From positions 91,326,001 to 91,390,000 of the forward strand of contig NC_043003.1 of assembly GCF_006345805.1 (NCBI RefSeq): 64,000 nt of DNA, read 5' to 3'. The translations under genes and the position numbers were made by a program. The notes below the pieces were generated by a model. It was not told the DNA's origin. It worked only from the letters and a program-made list of their open reading frames with translations, and did not search any database. This document shows positions 21,601 through 34,356 of the stretch, piece by piece. Every line of letters starts with the position of its first letter. Within the stretch, counting starts at the first letter, position 1. This DNA is from Octopus sinensis. Its lineage: Eukaryota.

Positions 21601-24600
21601 TTGATACAGAAATTGCTTTTTAGTTTGTTTTTGAGCTGAAAATAATTAGCTGACTATTAGTAGCAGAAGTTCTACTTAAAGATAATATATCATCATAATT
21701 GTTTTAACATCTACTTTTCCATACTTGCAAGGGTCAAATGAGAGTATGTTGTGGTAGAGTTTTCTATGGCTAGATGCCAACCCTGTCACCAAACCACACC
21801 GTTTCCAAATGACGTAATATTCTTCCAGTCAATCAAACAGCAAACAGCTTGGACATGCTTTTGTACAAGCAAATGATACTGTTAGTCATTTATAAGCCAG
21901 TGAGCTAAAGAGGTGTAGACACAAGGAACTAAGAAATAACTCGTATAAATATGCCCACACACATACATATATGATGTGTCTATATGTGTGTGTATACACA
22001 CACACACATGATGGGCATCTTTTAATTTCATTTTGCCAAACTTAATCATATGACTTTGGTTGGCCTTGTGCTATTCATCATCACCATCATTATCGTTTAA
22101 TGTCCGTTTTCCATGATAGCATGGGTTGGACGGTTCGACCGGGGTCTGGGAAGCCAGGAGGCTGCACCAGGCTCCAGTCTGATCTGGCAGTGTTTCTACA
22201 GCTGGATGCCCTTCCTAATGCCAACCACTCCGTGAGTGTAGTGAGTGCTTTTTACGTGTCACCGGCACAGGGGCCAGGGGAGGCTGGCAACAGCCACAAT
22301 CAGTTGTGCTTTTTACGTGCCACCGGTACAGAAGCCAGTCTAGGCTGCGCTGGCATTGGCCACGTTCAGATGGTGCTTTTTACGTGCCACCAGCACATAA
22401 TTTCCATTTGATTTTTATTTTGATGTTGATGTTGATATACTTGACTCAATAGGTCTCCTCAAGCACACCAGGTCGTCCTATGATCCAAGGTACTTTGAAT
22501 GGGCTGGAGCTGGTTATGTGAAGCTGGTGTAGGATACACCATGGACTCACTTTATTTGTCGGGTCTTCGCAGACACAGCTTATCTTCAGAGGTCTCGGTC
22601 TTTCGTCATTGCCTCTGTGAGGCCCAACATTCGAAGGTCATGCTTGACCACCTCATCCCATGTCTTCCTGAGTCTATCTCTACCCCGGATTCCTTCAACT
22701 GTTTGGGAGTGGCACTTCTTGACACAACTCTCCTCATCCATCCATAGTACATGATCATACCAGCGCAAACGTCTCTCTTGCACGCTACATCTGATGCTTC
22801 TTATGTCCAACATTTCTCTCAGGGCACTTACACTCTGTTGTGTGTGCACACTGACATTACACATCCAGTGGATCATGCTAGCTTCATTTCTTTTGAGCCT
22901 ACACATGTCCTCTGCAGTCACAGCCCCTGTTTTACTGCTGTGAAGCATGGCAGTTCGCACACATGCATCGTACAATCTACCTTTCACTCTGAGCGAGGAA
23001 CCCTTTGTCACCAGTAGGGGTAGAAGCTTTCTAAACTTTGCCCAAGCTATTCTCATTCTAGTGGTAACACTCTGAGCATCCACTCCCACTACTAACTTAG
23101 TCACCCAGGTAGTGGAAGCTATCAACTACTTCTGGTTTCTTCCCCTGGAGTGTGATGGAATCTGCTTTCTGTGCATCTGTGGTATCTATTGCCCCTATGC
23201 ATCTGTCACACACACAAGCTATCTTCTCAGTTAATCTTCTTTTAATGTTGCTGCACCTCTTATGTGCCCATAGCTTACACTGGGTACATCTTATGGAGTT
23301 TCTACCTACACCTTTTCGACAGATCGAGCAGGGCCACCTACCTGAAGGTGTGTGTGATGAGTTCACTTTCCTACTTACTAGAACTTTGGTCTTTGCTACA
23401 TTGACTCTAAGGCCTTTTGATTCTAAACCTTGCTTCCACACCCAAAATTTCTTTTCTAGTTCCAGTAGTGATTCTGCTATGAGAGCCAGGTCATCAGCAT
23501 AGAGGAGCTCCCAGGGGCAACCCGTCTTGAATTCCTCTGTTATTGCCTGGAAGACTATGATGATTAAAAGCAGACCGAGGGATGAATCTTGGTGGACTCC
23601 TACTTCTACCCAGAATTCTTCACTATACTCATTGCCAATCCTAACCTTATGAACGGCCTCTCTGTTTTGGGCCTGTACAGCCCTTATTAACCATTCGTTG
23701 ATCTCCAGTTTCCACATCGCCCACCAGATAAGGGGTTGGGGGACCCTGTCAAAGGCTTTCTCCAAGTCCACAAAAGCTAAGTATAGGGGTTTATCTTTAG
23801 CTAGGAATTTCTCCTGCAGTTGTCAAACCAGGAATATTGCATCAGTGGTGCTTCTACCCGGCACAAAACGAAACTGCATCTCATCTAAGCAGACTCTCTC
23901 CCTAATGAGATGGGCTATGACCCTCTCCGTGACCTTCATCACCTGGTCCAGTAATTTGATATCCCTGTAGTTATTTCTATCTAGAGTATCACCTTTACCC
24001 TTGTAGCAGTCAACTATGGTGCTACTATGCCAGTCATTGGGTACGACTCCATCATGAACTACCTGGTTTATAATGCAGGTGTCTAGGCCATAGCCCACAC
24101 CACCAGATATTTTAAACATCTCTTCAGTGATTCCTGATGGGCTGGGAGCTTTTCCTAGCTTCATACCCTTAATTGCTTTATCTACCAGGGAGCTGTTGGG
24201 TCAACATTTGGCAGGCTTGCCTCCTCCCATTCATTCTCCGCATTCAGCAGTCTTTCATAATGGTTTCTCCAAGCCTCTTTCTTTTCAGAATCATTAAAAG
24301 CAAGTGCACCATCATCCATGTGGACACATTTCTCTCTTGTAGCATCACAATTTTCTCTCACACTCTGTCTTGCAATCCGAAATACCTCATTTCTTTGGTC
24401 CTCGCGTCACTGGACATTGGCAAACTTCTTCTTTTCTGCTTCACCCTTGGCTATGTTTACCTGCTATCCAGACTCCCTTTTGGCTACCTGGTACAGTTCC
24501 CTGCTACCACCACCCTTCCAGACATTCCAGGCCTGTTTCTTTGCTCTGATGGTTTTGTATACCGTACTATTCCACCACCACATAACTCTAGGTCTGGAAG

Positions 24601-26518
24601 GGACTTTGCACCATCCACAGACTTGGTCTGTGGCACTCAGCAAGCTGTCCCATTGGAATTTCCAGTCACCTTCTATGTCCGAAGTCTGTAGCTCCTCCTC
24701 CCTCTCATCAAACTTCTTGATGAGGATCCAAGATACCATACAGTGAGACCAAATCCAAAACCACGTGATTTCTTAGTGCCACAGCCATGCCTACACCATA
24801 ATATAGAGCTTGAAATAGTGTTAGCATAATTTCTAATGTTTAATGGCAGTGAAAATATTTCAAGTGACTGCTTACATAGTGGCCACAAAAATATTTCTTT
24901 TTGGTTTGAAAGAAAGATTATATGAAGCATTTATAGATATGTGTAGTGATTGATAATGAACTGAATGTGTTGTGTGTGTCATTGGTTACCCTACTCAACT
25001 CTGCCCAATTTCTACTGTTGTCACCTACTCTTTCCTACCTTCTTTACTTATCATCCCTCATCACCCACTAACTAATTCTCCATCTCCAACCATCTATCAT
25101 TCTCTTGTACATTTTTGCAGCCTCTATCCACCCACTTTATATATTGAGGGTTCTCTCATATACCACATCACTACTACATTGCTTTATTTCCTGCTCTACC
25201 CTAACCAAAACCCTCTCTTCTATGACGTGAGTAGCTCTTTTACAGCAAGAAACCTGTTTTGTTATATCTCCTTCTCTTAGACTTCAATTCCTCATCCCAA
25301 TAGCATAAAGCTGCCTCCTTCTGTACTATAGTCTCACCCAGTCAGCGAGATCTTAATCTTGCAAGCTGTATGTATGACAACCTCATTTATGCTGGTGACA
25401 TGAAAAAAACAGCCTTGTATAAAAATTATAATCTCAAAGTTGTTGCTACATGAAATGGTTTGGTACCGTCTCTACATTATTGTACATCAATGTTAAAATT
25501 ATTTGTTGAAAGTAACACTGACATAGTAGTGTGGTTGAGAATTTCACTTTGCAACGATGTGGTTACAAGTCCTCTATGAGGCACTTGGGTCAGTGACTTT
25601 GACTATAACCCCAGGCCAACTACTTTCGAGTGGATTTAGCTAGATGGAAAATGAAAGAAGCCTGTTGTGTGTGTTTGTGCAAGTACATTTGCATGTGTCT
25701 GGAAGTGTTTACAATTGTGCTTCTTTGAATATCACTGAGCTACAAGCAGTGAATATAATTATTATTTCCCCTATCAAGAAATTGTTTAATGGTTTAGTTT
25801 CTTTGAAGACTTTTGTAGAATGAGATACCTTATGTGGAAAAACCAGTAGCGGTTAGTGACAGGAAGGGCACCAGGTTATAAAACAGTACCTCAATAATAT
25901 ATTTGCTAGAAAACAGATATAAAAACAAATAAATATAGTGAATCTATGATCAATAGTCTGGCAAATATTGAGAAGGTCTAATGAAATGTAGACATGCCTG
26001 GGGTTGTTACCCATAGTTACCAAGATTAGTTTATCCAATTTTAGTCATTGAACTATTGATTTCTTCTCATTGCATGATTATTGTTAATTAATTACATATT
26101 ATTTTTCCCTATTCATATTATGTATGAGGATCCTAACCAGAATGAATTTAACCCTTTTGTTGCAGTTAATTTTGAAAATAATGAAGTATTTAGTAAAATA
26201 AATTTGTCATTATTAAACTGGTGTTTGAAACATAAATTAACATGGAATTTTAGTTAAAGGTTTTAATTTAGATCACTTCAAGACAGCAATTTTTCATCAT
26301 ACAACCAGAGTGGTTTTGAGCAAGTTGGTATTAAAAAGGTTGAAATTATTTGTTGTTGAATTTTGAGTTAATATATAATAATTCACATATGTTGTACTCC
26401 AACAGATGGTGAACTTGGAGCTGCAGCTAATGCTGTCGATGCCTACATGAAACAGAAACATCGCATGATCTGGGAAAGAAGACAAGAAATACAAGGCACT
26501 GGTAAACGATTACGCTGA
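15585..26518 (+). CDS. NDUFB10: NADH dehydrogenase [ubiquinone] 1 beta subcomplex subunit 10 (PDSW), 4 exons, 163 aa
   Basis: Exons 15585-15681, 19406-19547, 21398-21537, 26406-26518 (492 nt, all GT-AG). Protein MVADDTVDRDLPYNKFVFSIFKIIDKPVTAFREKIVEPLQSRNKHYFYHRRFRRVPTVDQCEFNDVVCVFEANQQFKRDWSVDSNILKILRKRKMECIMYEGANAPQKCKKVTEDYENASTNYFIKYGELGAAANAVDAYMKQKHRMIWERRQEIQGTGKRLR* carries the NDUFB10 motifs D.PVT..RE, YYHR.(Y/F)RRVP, paired Cys, YG.LG, KQ..RM..ER. Confidence 0.95.
17900..18780 (-). mobile_element. CR1-like non-LTR retrotransposon 3' fragment
   Basis: ERDLGVIVDSDLRWTKHI...VRPHLEFASPAWNPH...YSERL...TRGHIHKV..RKHFFTLRVAEAWNKLP, the CR1 C-terminus. Confidence 0.85.
19010..19290 (+). 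mobile_element. RTE-type LINE C-terminal remnant
   Basis: GHVIRMSQERIVRGILQ..RKTKGIPRTKWLEDI. Confidence 0.55.
19406..19547 (+). CDS. NDUFB10: NDUFB10 exon 2
   Basis: tttag|..KIVEPLQSRNKHYFYHRRFRRVPTVDQC...FKRD TG|gtaggt. Confidence 0.95.
20197..20589. mobile_element. MITE with about 53 bp TIRs and internal TTAGGG-like repeats
   Basis: CTCTTTTGAGCTAAAATCATTTGCTGCGTCTAAAACTGAGA.AACATCCTGTC and its reverse complement; degenerate ttagggttagtgttagagttaggg at about 20502-20535. Confidence 0.75.
21398..21537 (+). CDS. NDUFB10: NDUFB10 exon 3
   Basis: ttttag|SVDSNILKILRKRKMECIMYEG...NYFIK T|gtaagt. Confidence 0.95.
22076..24745 (-). mobile_element. 5'-truncated RTE-clade LINE (RT pseudogene) in NDUFB10 intron 3
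   Basis: KGKGD..DRNNYRDIKLL, QFRFVPGRSTTDAIF, DLEKAFDRVP, GVHQ.S, LLYADDL, SFHYLG, RRLRWY.HV, GRDRLRKTW; frameshifts; (GAT)n 3' tail. Confidence 0.92.
26406..26518 (+). CDS. NDUFB10: NDUFB10 exon 4
   Basis: ccaacag|GELGAAANAVDAYMKQKHRMIWERRQ...TGA; AATAAA at 26590 and 26648. Confidence 0.93.
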
Positions 26519-27299
26519 AAACTTTGCAGGAAATGTCTGTAATTCTTAGGCTTCTTCTATTTTACCAAATTTAAAAGTATTAGAAAACCAATAAAATATA
26601 AAAACTGTTTTATGCTCTTTGTTTTATTTCATTTTTAGAGTGTTTTTAATAAAGTTATTTAAAATAGATTCTTGTTGTTATTGAACTGCTTCAAATCTAG
26701 GTATAACTAAATACTGAAAGCTAACTTCCATATTCATTAATCAAATAATTAAATTTTCTGACCATGTATTTCAATTTAAATGATTGCTTATCATTATCAT
26801 CAATTTACATCCACAGAAAGATGACATACTTAGATGGGATTTGGCTATTTAACATTCTCATGGTATTGATCCCTTTCTTGTTATATTTTGTTTGAATTAT
26901 ATTTACTTTTAAAACGTTTTTATTCCTTTTTTTTACAAACAATATTAACAAAGCTATTTGACATAAATCTATTAACTTTGTCTCTGATAATCTGTTAGTT
27001 ATTACTACTGAAATACAAAAGTATCATAGTATATGTTAATGTGTTGGTGATGCAAAAAAAAAGCACCCAGTACATTATGTAAAGGGATTAGTGTTAGGCA
27101 GGCATCAAACCATAGAAACCTTACAAAAGCAATCAGTGGAGCATGGTGGCTGTCATTAGGTCCATTGGATCCTGTCAAACTTCAAACCATGTCAGTATGA
27201 AACATGGACGTTAAATGATAAGGATAATATTTTGCATTTAATCTATCTGCTTGATACAATCACTTGCTGGGTCACACCTAGTGACCCAGCACATGAGAA

Positions 27300-27860
27300 G
27301 GTTCAGAGATGTTTAGACATAATTGAAAGTGGAGGGAGGCAGTACAGAAAACATTCATATGATACAACATAACATTTAATTTGATAGGGTTTTCCCAAGG
27401 ATGTGGGCAGTATTTGTCAGCACAGTCTTTTGGATTTCTTTGAGAGACACATTTATTAAGGTGCTATTTAGATGTTTCTGACATCCTACAGTAATAGGGA
27501 CAGTTTTCACTTTAAGATGCCACATCTTGAATTTCAAATTTGAGGTCCTTATATTTTATGAGCTTGTCAGATTTCCTTGCTTATGTATTTTCCAATACAA
27601 ATATTGTTTTACCCTATTGTGGCAATTTTTATATTCTTTTGGTGTCAGTGCAGGACACCTCAAAACAAAATGGTCTATTGATTCATCAAATTTGTTACAA
27701 AATCTGCATTTTAGGTCTGCACTGTTTTTAAGAATATCAGGTTTATTATTATTAGTAGCTGGCCTCATACCAATGATGGCTAATTGTAGTATTTTATACA
27801 TAAATAAGGACAAAAGATAGAATACGGATGGTAATTCAAACTAATACACTTCTCAATGTT
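27300..27860 (-). mobile_element. R4/Dong-like (RLE) non-LTR retrotransposon C-terminal remnant
   Basis: CRFCNKFDESIDHFVLRCPALTPKEYKNCHNRVKQYLYWKI matches the CCHC knuckle plus RHN motif region of RLE elements. Confidence 0.7.
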
Positions 27861-28483
27861 ATCTACTGGTTGTATTTTGAGATTTGACATCAATCATTTG
27901 TTACTGAAAGAACACTGATTCACACATATAAACGTTCACATACTTTCCTTATATACACACACACATACTCACACAGAGTAGAAATGCTGTTTGAGTTTTT
28001 TTTTCACCATAGAATTTCCATCATCCCACTATCAATTTTGCCATCACCCCTTCCTTTCTCATTTAGACAATGTGACAGGGAAAAACACGAGTGTATTATT
28101 ATAGTAGAATATTAGGGCTGTGAGCTGACAGAATTGAGCATACCAGACAAAATGCTTAGCAACACTTCTTCTGGCTTTACATTTTGGATTCATATTCTAT
28201 CAAGATCATCTTCTGCATTTCATCCTTTCAGGATGGACAGAATAAATACAGAGGTTGATAAAATCCCCACAACTTCAGGCCTTGTGCCTAAGTAGTGGAA
28301 AGGATTAATATCATCTTGGCATTTGTCAGTAAACATAGACAGTATTGAACTGAAATGAGAACATAATTGGACAAAACTAATATTGATGATGATCTACTCT
28401 ATGTATTTACCTGCTACATTAAAGTCCATACTAGAGATCATTCACTTACGAAGAGGTTAATTTACCAGATAATAAATACACTT

Positions 28484-28790
28484 GAAGGCACATGGCTAAT
28501 TGGTTAGGATATTTGACACAATCATAAAGACATGAGTTAGAAAACCAGTGGTATGTTGTGTCCTTTGAGTAAAATACTTGATTTCACATTGCTCCAGTTC
28601 ACTCAGCTGGTAAAAATGAGTAGTACTTGTAATTCAAAGAATTAGCCTTGTCACGCTGAATCTCCCTCAGAACTATGTTAACGGTGTATGCATCTGGAGC
28701 GCTCAGCCACTTGCTCTTTAATTTCACAAGCAGGCTATTCCATTGATCGAATCAACTGGAACCCTCGTTGTTATACTAACGGAGTACTAC
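28484..28790 (+). mobile_element. tRNA-derived SINE family C
   Basis: tRNA-like head and gtgtcc.ttgag.aa.a.actt core; related copies at 43247-43560, 49555-49700 and about 62330-62470(-). Confidence 0.65.
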
Positions 28791-29245
28791 TTTAAATAAA
28801 TACACTCAGAAACTTTGTTAGTATTCACTGACGTTCTTTTTTTAATTTTATTTACATTTTATTTTTTTGTACATCATTTAGTAGATAGGATTAACAACAT
28901 GAATGGATGTGGATTAATTAATGAATTAATGGTTGAATTGAAAATATATATGAGAGGTGAAATGTAAAGGAATGAAGAAGAAAAAATTTTAAAAACTAGA
29001 GGACATTCCCCAGTCTGTTTGGTATCAAGCAAAAGGGTGAACAATTTATACAAACTGAGCATTTTAATTACAAGGATGTATGTAATAGAAATGTTTTCAG
29101 ATCTTTATATTTTATAAATATATAAATTTCTTTTTCCTCATCAGATTTTCTGATCATCTTCCTCATCACTATCATAAATTTTTTTTTTCATTTTTCTTTA
29201 TGCAAGTTTCTCAAAATCACAATACAACAACTTTTATATATATAT

Positions 29246-29590
29246 ATCATCATCATCATCATCATTTAGCGTCCGCTTTCCATGCTAGCATGGGTTGGAC
29301 GGTTCAACTGGGGTCTGTGAGGCCAGAAGGCTGCATCAGGCCCAGTCTGATCTGGCAGTGTTTCTACAGCTGGATGCCCTTCCTAATGCCAACCACTCCA
29401 TGAGTGTAGTGGGTGCTTTTTACGTGCCACCCGCACAGGAGCCAGACAGAGCTGGCAAACGGCCATGGACGGATGGTGCTTTTTACATGCCACTGGCACG
29501 AGGCCAGTCGGGGCGGTGCTGGCAACGGTCACGAACGGATGGTGGTGCCAGATGAGTCTGGCAAACGGCCACGAACGGATGGTGTTTTTT
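29246..29590 (-). mobile_element. RTE LINE 3' UTR fragment with (GAT)n tail
   Basis: Near-identical to the 3' ends at 22076, 49705 and 56444. Confidence 0.8.
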
Positions 29591-29929
29591 TTTTATTTCC
29601 TGCATTATTTCTTTTGTGAAACCCAATATTTTCTGAACTTCATTGCTTTTTCTAGGACTTCTTCAGTTTTCTTCTGTTGTGTGTCGAGAGCTGGTTGTCT
29701 TGATGATTTTGAATGAGTTTCTTTTGAAAAATGTGAGTATTTGTTTGAGTTCTTGGGATTTGATGACATCTTTATCATCAATTTCTATCACAGTACTGGC
29801 AAAGTCATAGATAGCTATAAATGTTTGGGTGTGTGTGTATTATAAGTTGTTCATTAGTCGGAAAAAAAGCACACAATATAATTAACAGAGGCGTGTTTTT
29901 TTCTATATCAGCAAACCATATATAATGTG

Positions 29930-30931
29930 TTACTGCAAATTTCCATTGTATGAAGATATTTTTATGAAGTCTGCATGAGGTAAGCCTTGCTGCTTCTTAA
30001 CAAATATATTTTTTTTCTTCAGATGAAACATGTCTCGGTATGCTTTATGAAAACCTTTGTTCAAAAAGACATAAGTTACAGGGTTAGTTATAGAAGTTGT
30101 AAGTCCTAATAATGTGAATCCTCTGCCAAATATCAGGAGAGCATTATTGTTAAACCACAACATTTGTATTAAAACAACCGTGAAAAATGGTGTCCATAAA
30201 AAGCAGAAAAAGCAAACCACTATTCCGTACAAAAGAAGTGATCTTGAATTCTTGAATTTTTTCTTAGTTGGACCAGGAGTAATGTCGTTATTAGGTTTCA
30301 GAATGCCTTTCTGTAATCTCTTAGCAATTGCAAATACTTTTAAATAAAGGATTATAACAATGATGCTGATGAAAAAAAACTGCACTACTAAAATAATCAT
30401 ATAACCAACAGGAAATACAATGTTAAGATTGCAGGCACTGTGACCATCCCAGTAATTCCAGTAAAATGGTACAAATCCAAGAACAGAACTGTAAAGCCAA
30501 AGCAATCCAGAAATGATAAAAACTTTTTTGGTGGACATTAGTGAACTGTAATGGAGGGGATGAACCACAGATAAATATCGATCCAGTGTGATAGCCAACA
30601 CATGTGTCTGTGATGTACCACAAGGAAGCAAGAAGGAGATATATCGCCAGAGGCAAGCATATTTTTGCTTTGTTAAGAATGGATGTACATAGGACACTGT
30701 GTGGTAAGGCAGAGATAAAGCCAGCATGATGTCAGTTAATGCCAATGTTAAAACAAAGTGATTTGTAGGGGTGCGTAGGTGTTGGTATCTTATAATAGAT
30801 ATTACCACAGTTCCATTTCCAAACAATATAACAACCATGATCAAAACCGAAAAGACAGCCATTGTGTCTTGCCTTTCCCATAATGCATTAACATCTAAAG
30901 TTTCAGTGATGTTCAGATCATTCTGTAGCAT
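29930..30931 (-). CDS. Rhodopsin-like class A GPCR with intronless CDS, about 333 aa (orphan; adenosine/amine-receptor or GPR119-like)
   Basis: Seven hydrophobic segments with GN (TM1), LALTD (TM2), DRY (TM3), TM4 W, FCFLWTPF (TM6), NPVTY (TM7). The track ORF starts at TTG 30967; first in-frame ATG is 30931, with an in-frame TAG upstream. Splice acceptor ttttaaacag at 31055-31054. Confidence 0.93.
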   Translation of the reverse strand: MLQNDLNITETLDVNALWERQDTMAVFSVLIMVVILFGNGTVVISIIRYQHLRTPTNHFVLTLALTDIMLALSLPYHTVSYVHPFLTKQKYACLWRYISFLLPCGTSQTHVLAITLDRYLSVVHPLHYSSLMSTKKVFIISGLLWLYSSVLGFVPFYWNYWDGHSACNLNIVFPVGYMIILVVQFFFISIIVIILYLKVFAIAKRLQKGILKPNNDITPGPTKKKFKNSRSLLLYGIVVCFFCFLWTPFFTVVLIQMLWFNNNALLIFGRGFTLLGLTTSITNPVTYVFLNKGFHKAYRDMFHLKKKNIFVKKQQGLPHADFIKISSYNGNLQ

Positions 30932-31302
30932 TTTTGATAAAGTGAAAATGTATTCAGGCGTATTCAAAATATCTGTTGATTTCTATCAGAATTGGTATGA
31001 AAGATTTTCTGTAAGTTTTCTTCATTTAAGAACTCCATGACATACTGATATTTCTGTTTAAAATAAGAGAGAAAAAATGGAAATTAAATTAGTTTTTTTT
31101 TAATGACATAATATACATTAATAATGTTTTTCCAAGCAGATGAGTTCTTGGTCTTTTATTGTTCATATTTAATCTGTTGTAACAAAAGAATAAAGCAGAA
31201 TTCAGGGAAAATTGGATTAGTTGGGATTTCAAATACTGTACTTACATTATTACATAGCAAAAATCCATCTGCTAAAGGATATATACATGCATGCATCTAT
31301 TT

Positions 31303-31552
31303 ATCTATGTGTATATATGTGTACATATATATATACATATATATATATTATATATATATATATACACATATATAATATATACACATATATATATACATAT
31401 ATATATATATATACACATATATATACACATATATATATATATACATATATATATATCATCATCATCATCATTTAGCGTCCGTATACACATATATATATAT
31501 ACACATATATATATATATACATATATATATATACACACATATATATATATAC

Positions 31553-31589
<37 letters not shown>

Positions 31590-31619
31590 CACATATATAT
31601 ATATATATACACACACATA
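31303..31619. repeat. (TA)n/(TACA)n microsatellite
   Basis: Direct reading. Confidence 0.9.
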
Positions 31620-33216
31620 TCTCTTATTATAAAAGGCAGATTTTATCTGCCTCCCTTTGGGAGTTATACAAATCTACAATATAGGATTTCTTCAATTACA
31701 ATTTACCTACCATTTTTAAGAGTACAATGCATCGCGTCATGCTAGGTCCAGTTTTTAAAATTTAAACTCCAATTAAGCAAAATTTACAGAAAACTCACAT
31801 TCTGGTGTGTGTGTCAAATGCTTTTCTTAGTCTGGTTTACACCACATGCAAACGCACACACACACAGTGTGCAACGAATAAAATGAAAGTAAATAGCGAC
31901 AGAGTGATTTGAGGAAGACTAAACTGAAAGTATTTAAACCACTACTCAAAAAATAAAAAAACACAGCAAACAGAAAATTTCTTCAATTAGAGTTTACCTA
32001 AGATTTTTCAGAGTACTTCAGTGGGTGATGCCATAAAAAATTTCTTTCAATTTTACCACCAATTAAGACAAAATTCGAGAAAACTCAATATTTTAACATA
32101 TCACTCCGAAAGCATTGATGTACATGTGTGCGTGCGTGAGTGTGTGTGTGTCATTCCTCACACACACGCATACACATACATATACAACTACATACAACTA
32201 CATACACATACAACTACATACACATACAACTACATACAAACACACGTGTGTTTGTTATTAGTAAAAAAGGCGCCAAATCACAACTCACTTATTCCAACAC
32301 ATTTGCAAAGACACACGGACGGACAGAAAAGGTAAATTGGTTTTTATTTTACTCTGTATATATTTTATTATATAATATTATATATAGATATATGTATATA
32401 TAATTGCAGTATGAAACAGTGTTTATGTATAAACAGACGACACTTATATATAGTTATTATAATAAGAGATTAATAAATGTATGCATCCGTTTAACCCTTT
32501 CGTTACCAAGCCGCCCGAATTTACCTATTCATATTTAAATGAGAATATCAGAGCAAATCTCTTTAGTACATTCGTGAAAACACGTATTATACTTCGTAAA
32601 CACTTCAACTACAGTTTTGTACAAAAATCAAAGTGTAATTTTAATTCCGTGAATTATGGGAGATTTTTTTCCGAAATTTGTTCCTATTGTGTTTTCAAAA
32701 TTTGTAATTCTGACAAAAAATGGATACGAATTTCATTATATCAAGCAGCGAGTCAGAATTCGAAGGATTTTCTACTGAAGACCTTCATAAATCTAACTCT
32801 ATGATTGAAAAAAAAAAAGCATCTTTATATAAGAGTGAAGTTGTGTGGTGTCTGTCTCCTACGATTTAGATTCCTAACTACTCCCACATTTTGCGGTGCA
32901 GTTTAACCAAAAGCGGGTATCTTATAGTCGTGATTCATATCGAGCCCTTCTGGGTATTAGCGTGCGTCTACGATGAGTCTACGATTTAAAAAAATTTACC
33001 ATCATATTTTTCCATTTTAATGCATTTTTTTCGCTTTTATATAAGGGAAGTAACTCTCTAAAAATATCTACGATGTGTCAACGATTAAAAAAAAATTTAC
33101 CTTCATTTTTTTTCAATTTTTAATGCATTTTTTGCTATTTTTTGGCTATGACTCTCTAAAAATGCTTATATAGTTATTTCCCTTACAACCCGAGCAACGC
33201 CGGGCGATACTGCTAG
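31620..33216 (+). mobile_element. Non-autonomous Helitron, composite unit 1
   Basis: a|TCTCTTATTATAAAAG 5' end; 3' hairpin CCCGAGCAACGCCGGG then ATACTGCTAG; internal second TC start at 32822. Confidence 0.75.
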
Positions 33217-33731
33217 TCTCTTATTATAAAAGGCAGATTTTATCTGCCTCCTTTGGGAGTTATACAAATCTACAATATAGGATTTCTTCAATTACAATTT
33301 ACCTACCATTTTTAAGAGTACAATGCATCGCGTCATGCCAGGTCCAGTTTTAAAAATTTAAACTCCAATTAAGCAAAATTTACAGAAAACTCACATTCTG
33401 GTGTGTGTGTCAAATGCTTTTCTTAGTCTGGTTTACACCACACGCAAACGCACACACACAGTGGGCAACGAATAAAATGAAACTAATTCACTTACTGTAG
33501 TGAGTGATTCTTTCACTCTGCCTCCCACTTCCTCTTTCCACACATAGACACGCAAATATATAAATAAAATTGTAAGCTAACGTGCGTGTGTGTCAGTGTG
33601 TGTGTGTGTGTGTGTGTGCGCGTGTGTGTGTGTATGAGGGTGTGTGTGTGTGTGTGTGTGTGCGTGTGCGTGAGTGTGTGACAGGAAAGTTTTTTACGAT
33701 GAATATAAGACCTATATCCAAGTAGCAGAAA

Positions 33732-33992
33732 GATAAGACAGTAAAGTGTGATTTGAGGGAGATTTGGCTGCTATTTCTACCATGTCTAGCTGCCATGTAG
33801 GGGTCTCCCTCATAGGCTCATACATATATACATAGATAAGACAGTAAGGTGTGATTTGGGGGAAATTGGCTGCTATTTCTACCAGGTCTAGCTACCATGT
33901 AGAGGTCCCTCTCATTGGCTCATATATATATACATACATAAGACAGTAAGGTGTGATTTGAGGGAGATTTGGCTGCTGTTTCTACCAGGTCT
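33732..33992 (+). repeat. About 2.5 tandem copies of a roughly 103 bp unit
   Basis: ataagacagtaa.gtgtgatttg.ggga.a.ttggctgct.tttctacca at about 33733, 33836 and 33938. Confidence 0.8.
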
Positions 33993-34356
33993 GTTAGGCC
34001 TTCTCATGTAAACTCAAGCTTTCTCATGCCTTGAACATAAGACCAAAGCAGAGAATGTATTCTTTTATTCTTCTGCTTTTTCCAGCCATTGGTCTGTGGC
34101 CATGCTGGGGCAATGCCTTGAAGAATTGTAGTTTAATGAATCAACTCCAGTTTTATTTTTGTAAGCATTGTACTTATTCTATCTGTTTCCTTTGTCAAAC
34201 CACTAGGTGACAGGGATGTAAACAACCAACATTCGTTGTCAAGCAGTGGTGGAGGACAATCACAAGCACAGACACGCACACACACACACATACATGCATA
34301 CACATATACACACATACATACATACATACATATATATATATGTGTGTATATATATA

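Noticed and set aside
29600-29800. Small minus-strand ORF (about 54 aa) downstream of the GPCR
   Set aside because: No recognisable homology; more likely GPCR 3' UTR.
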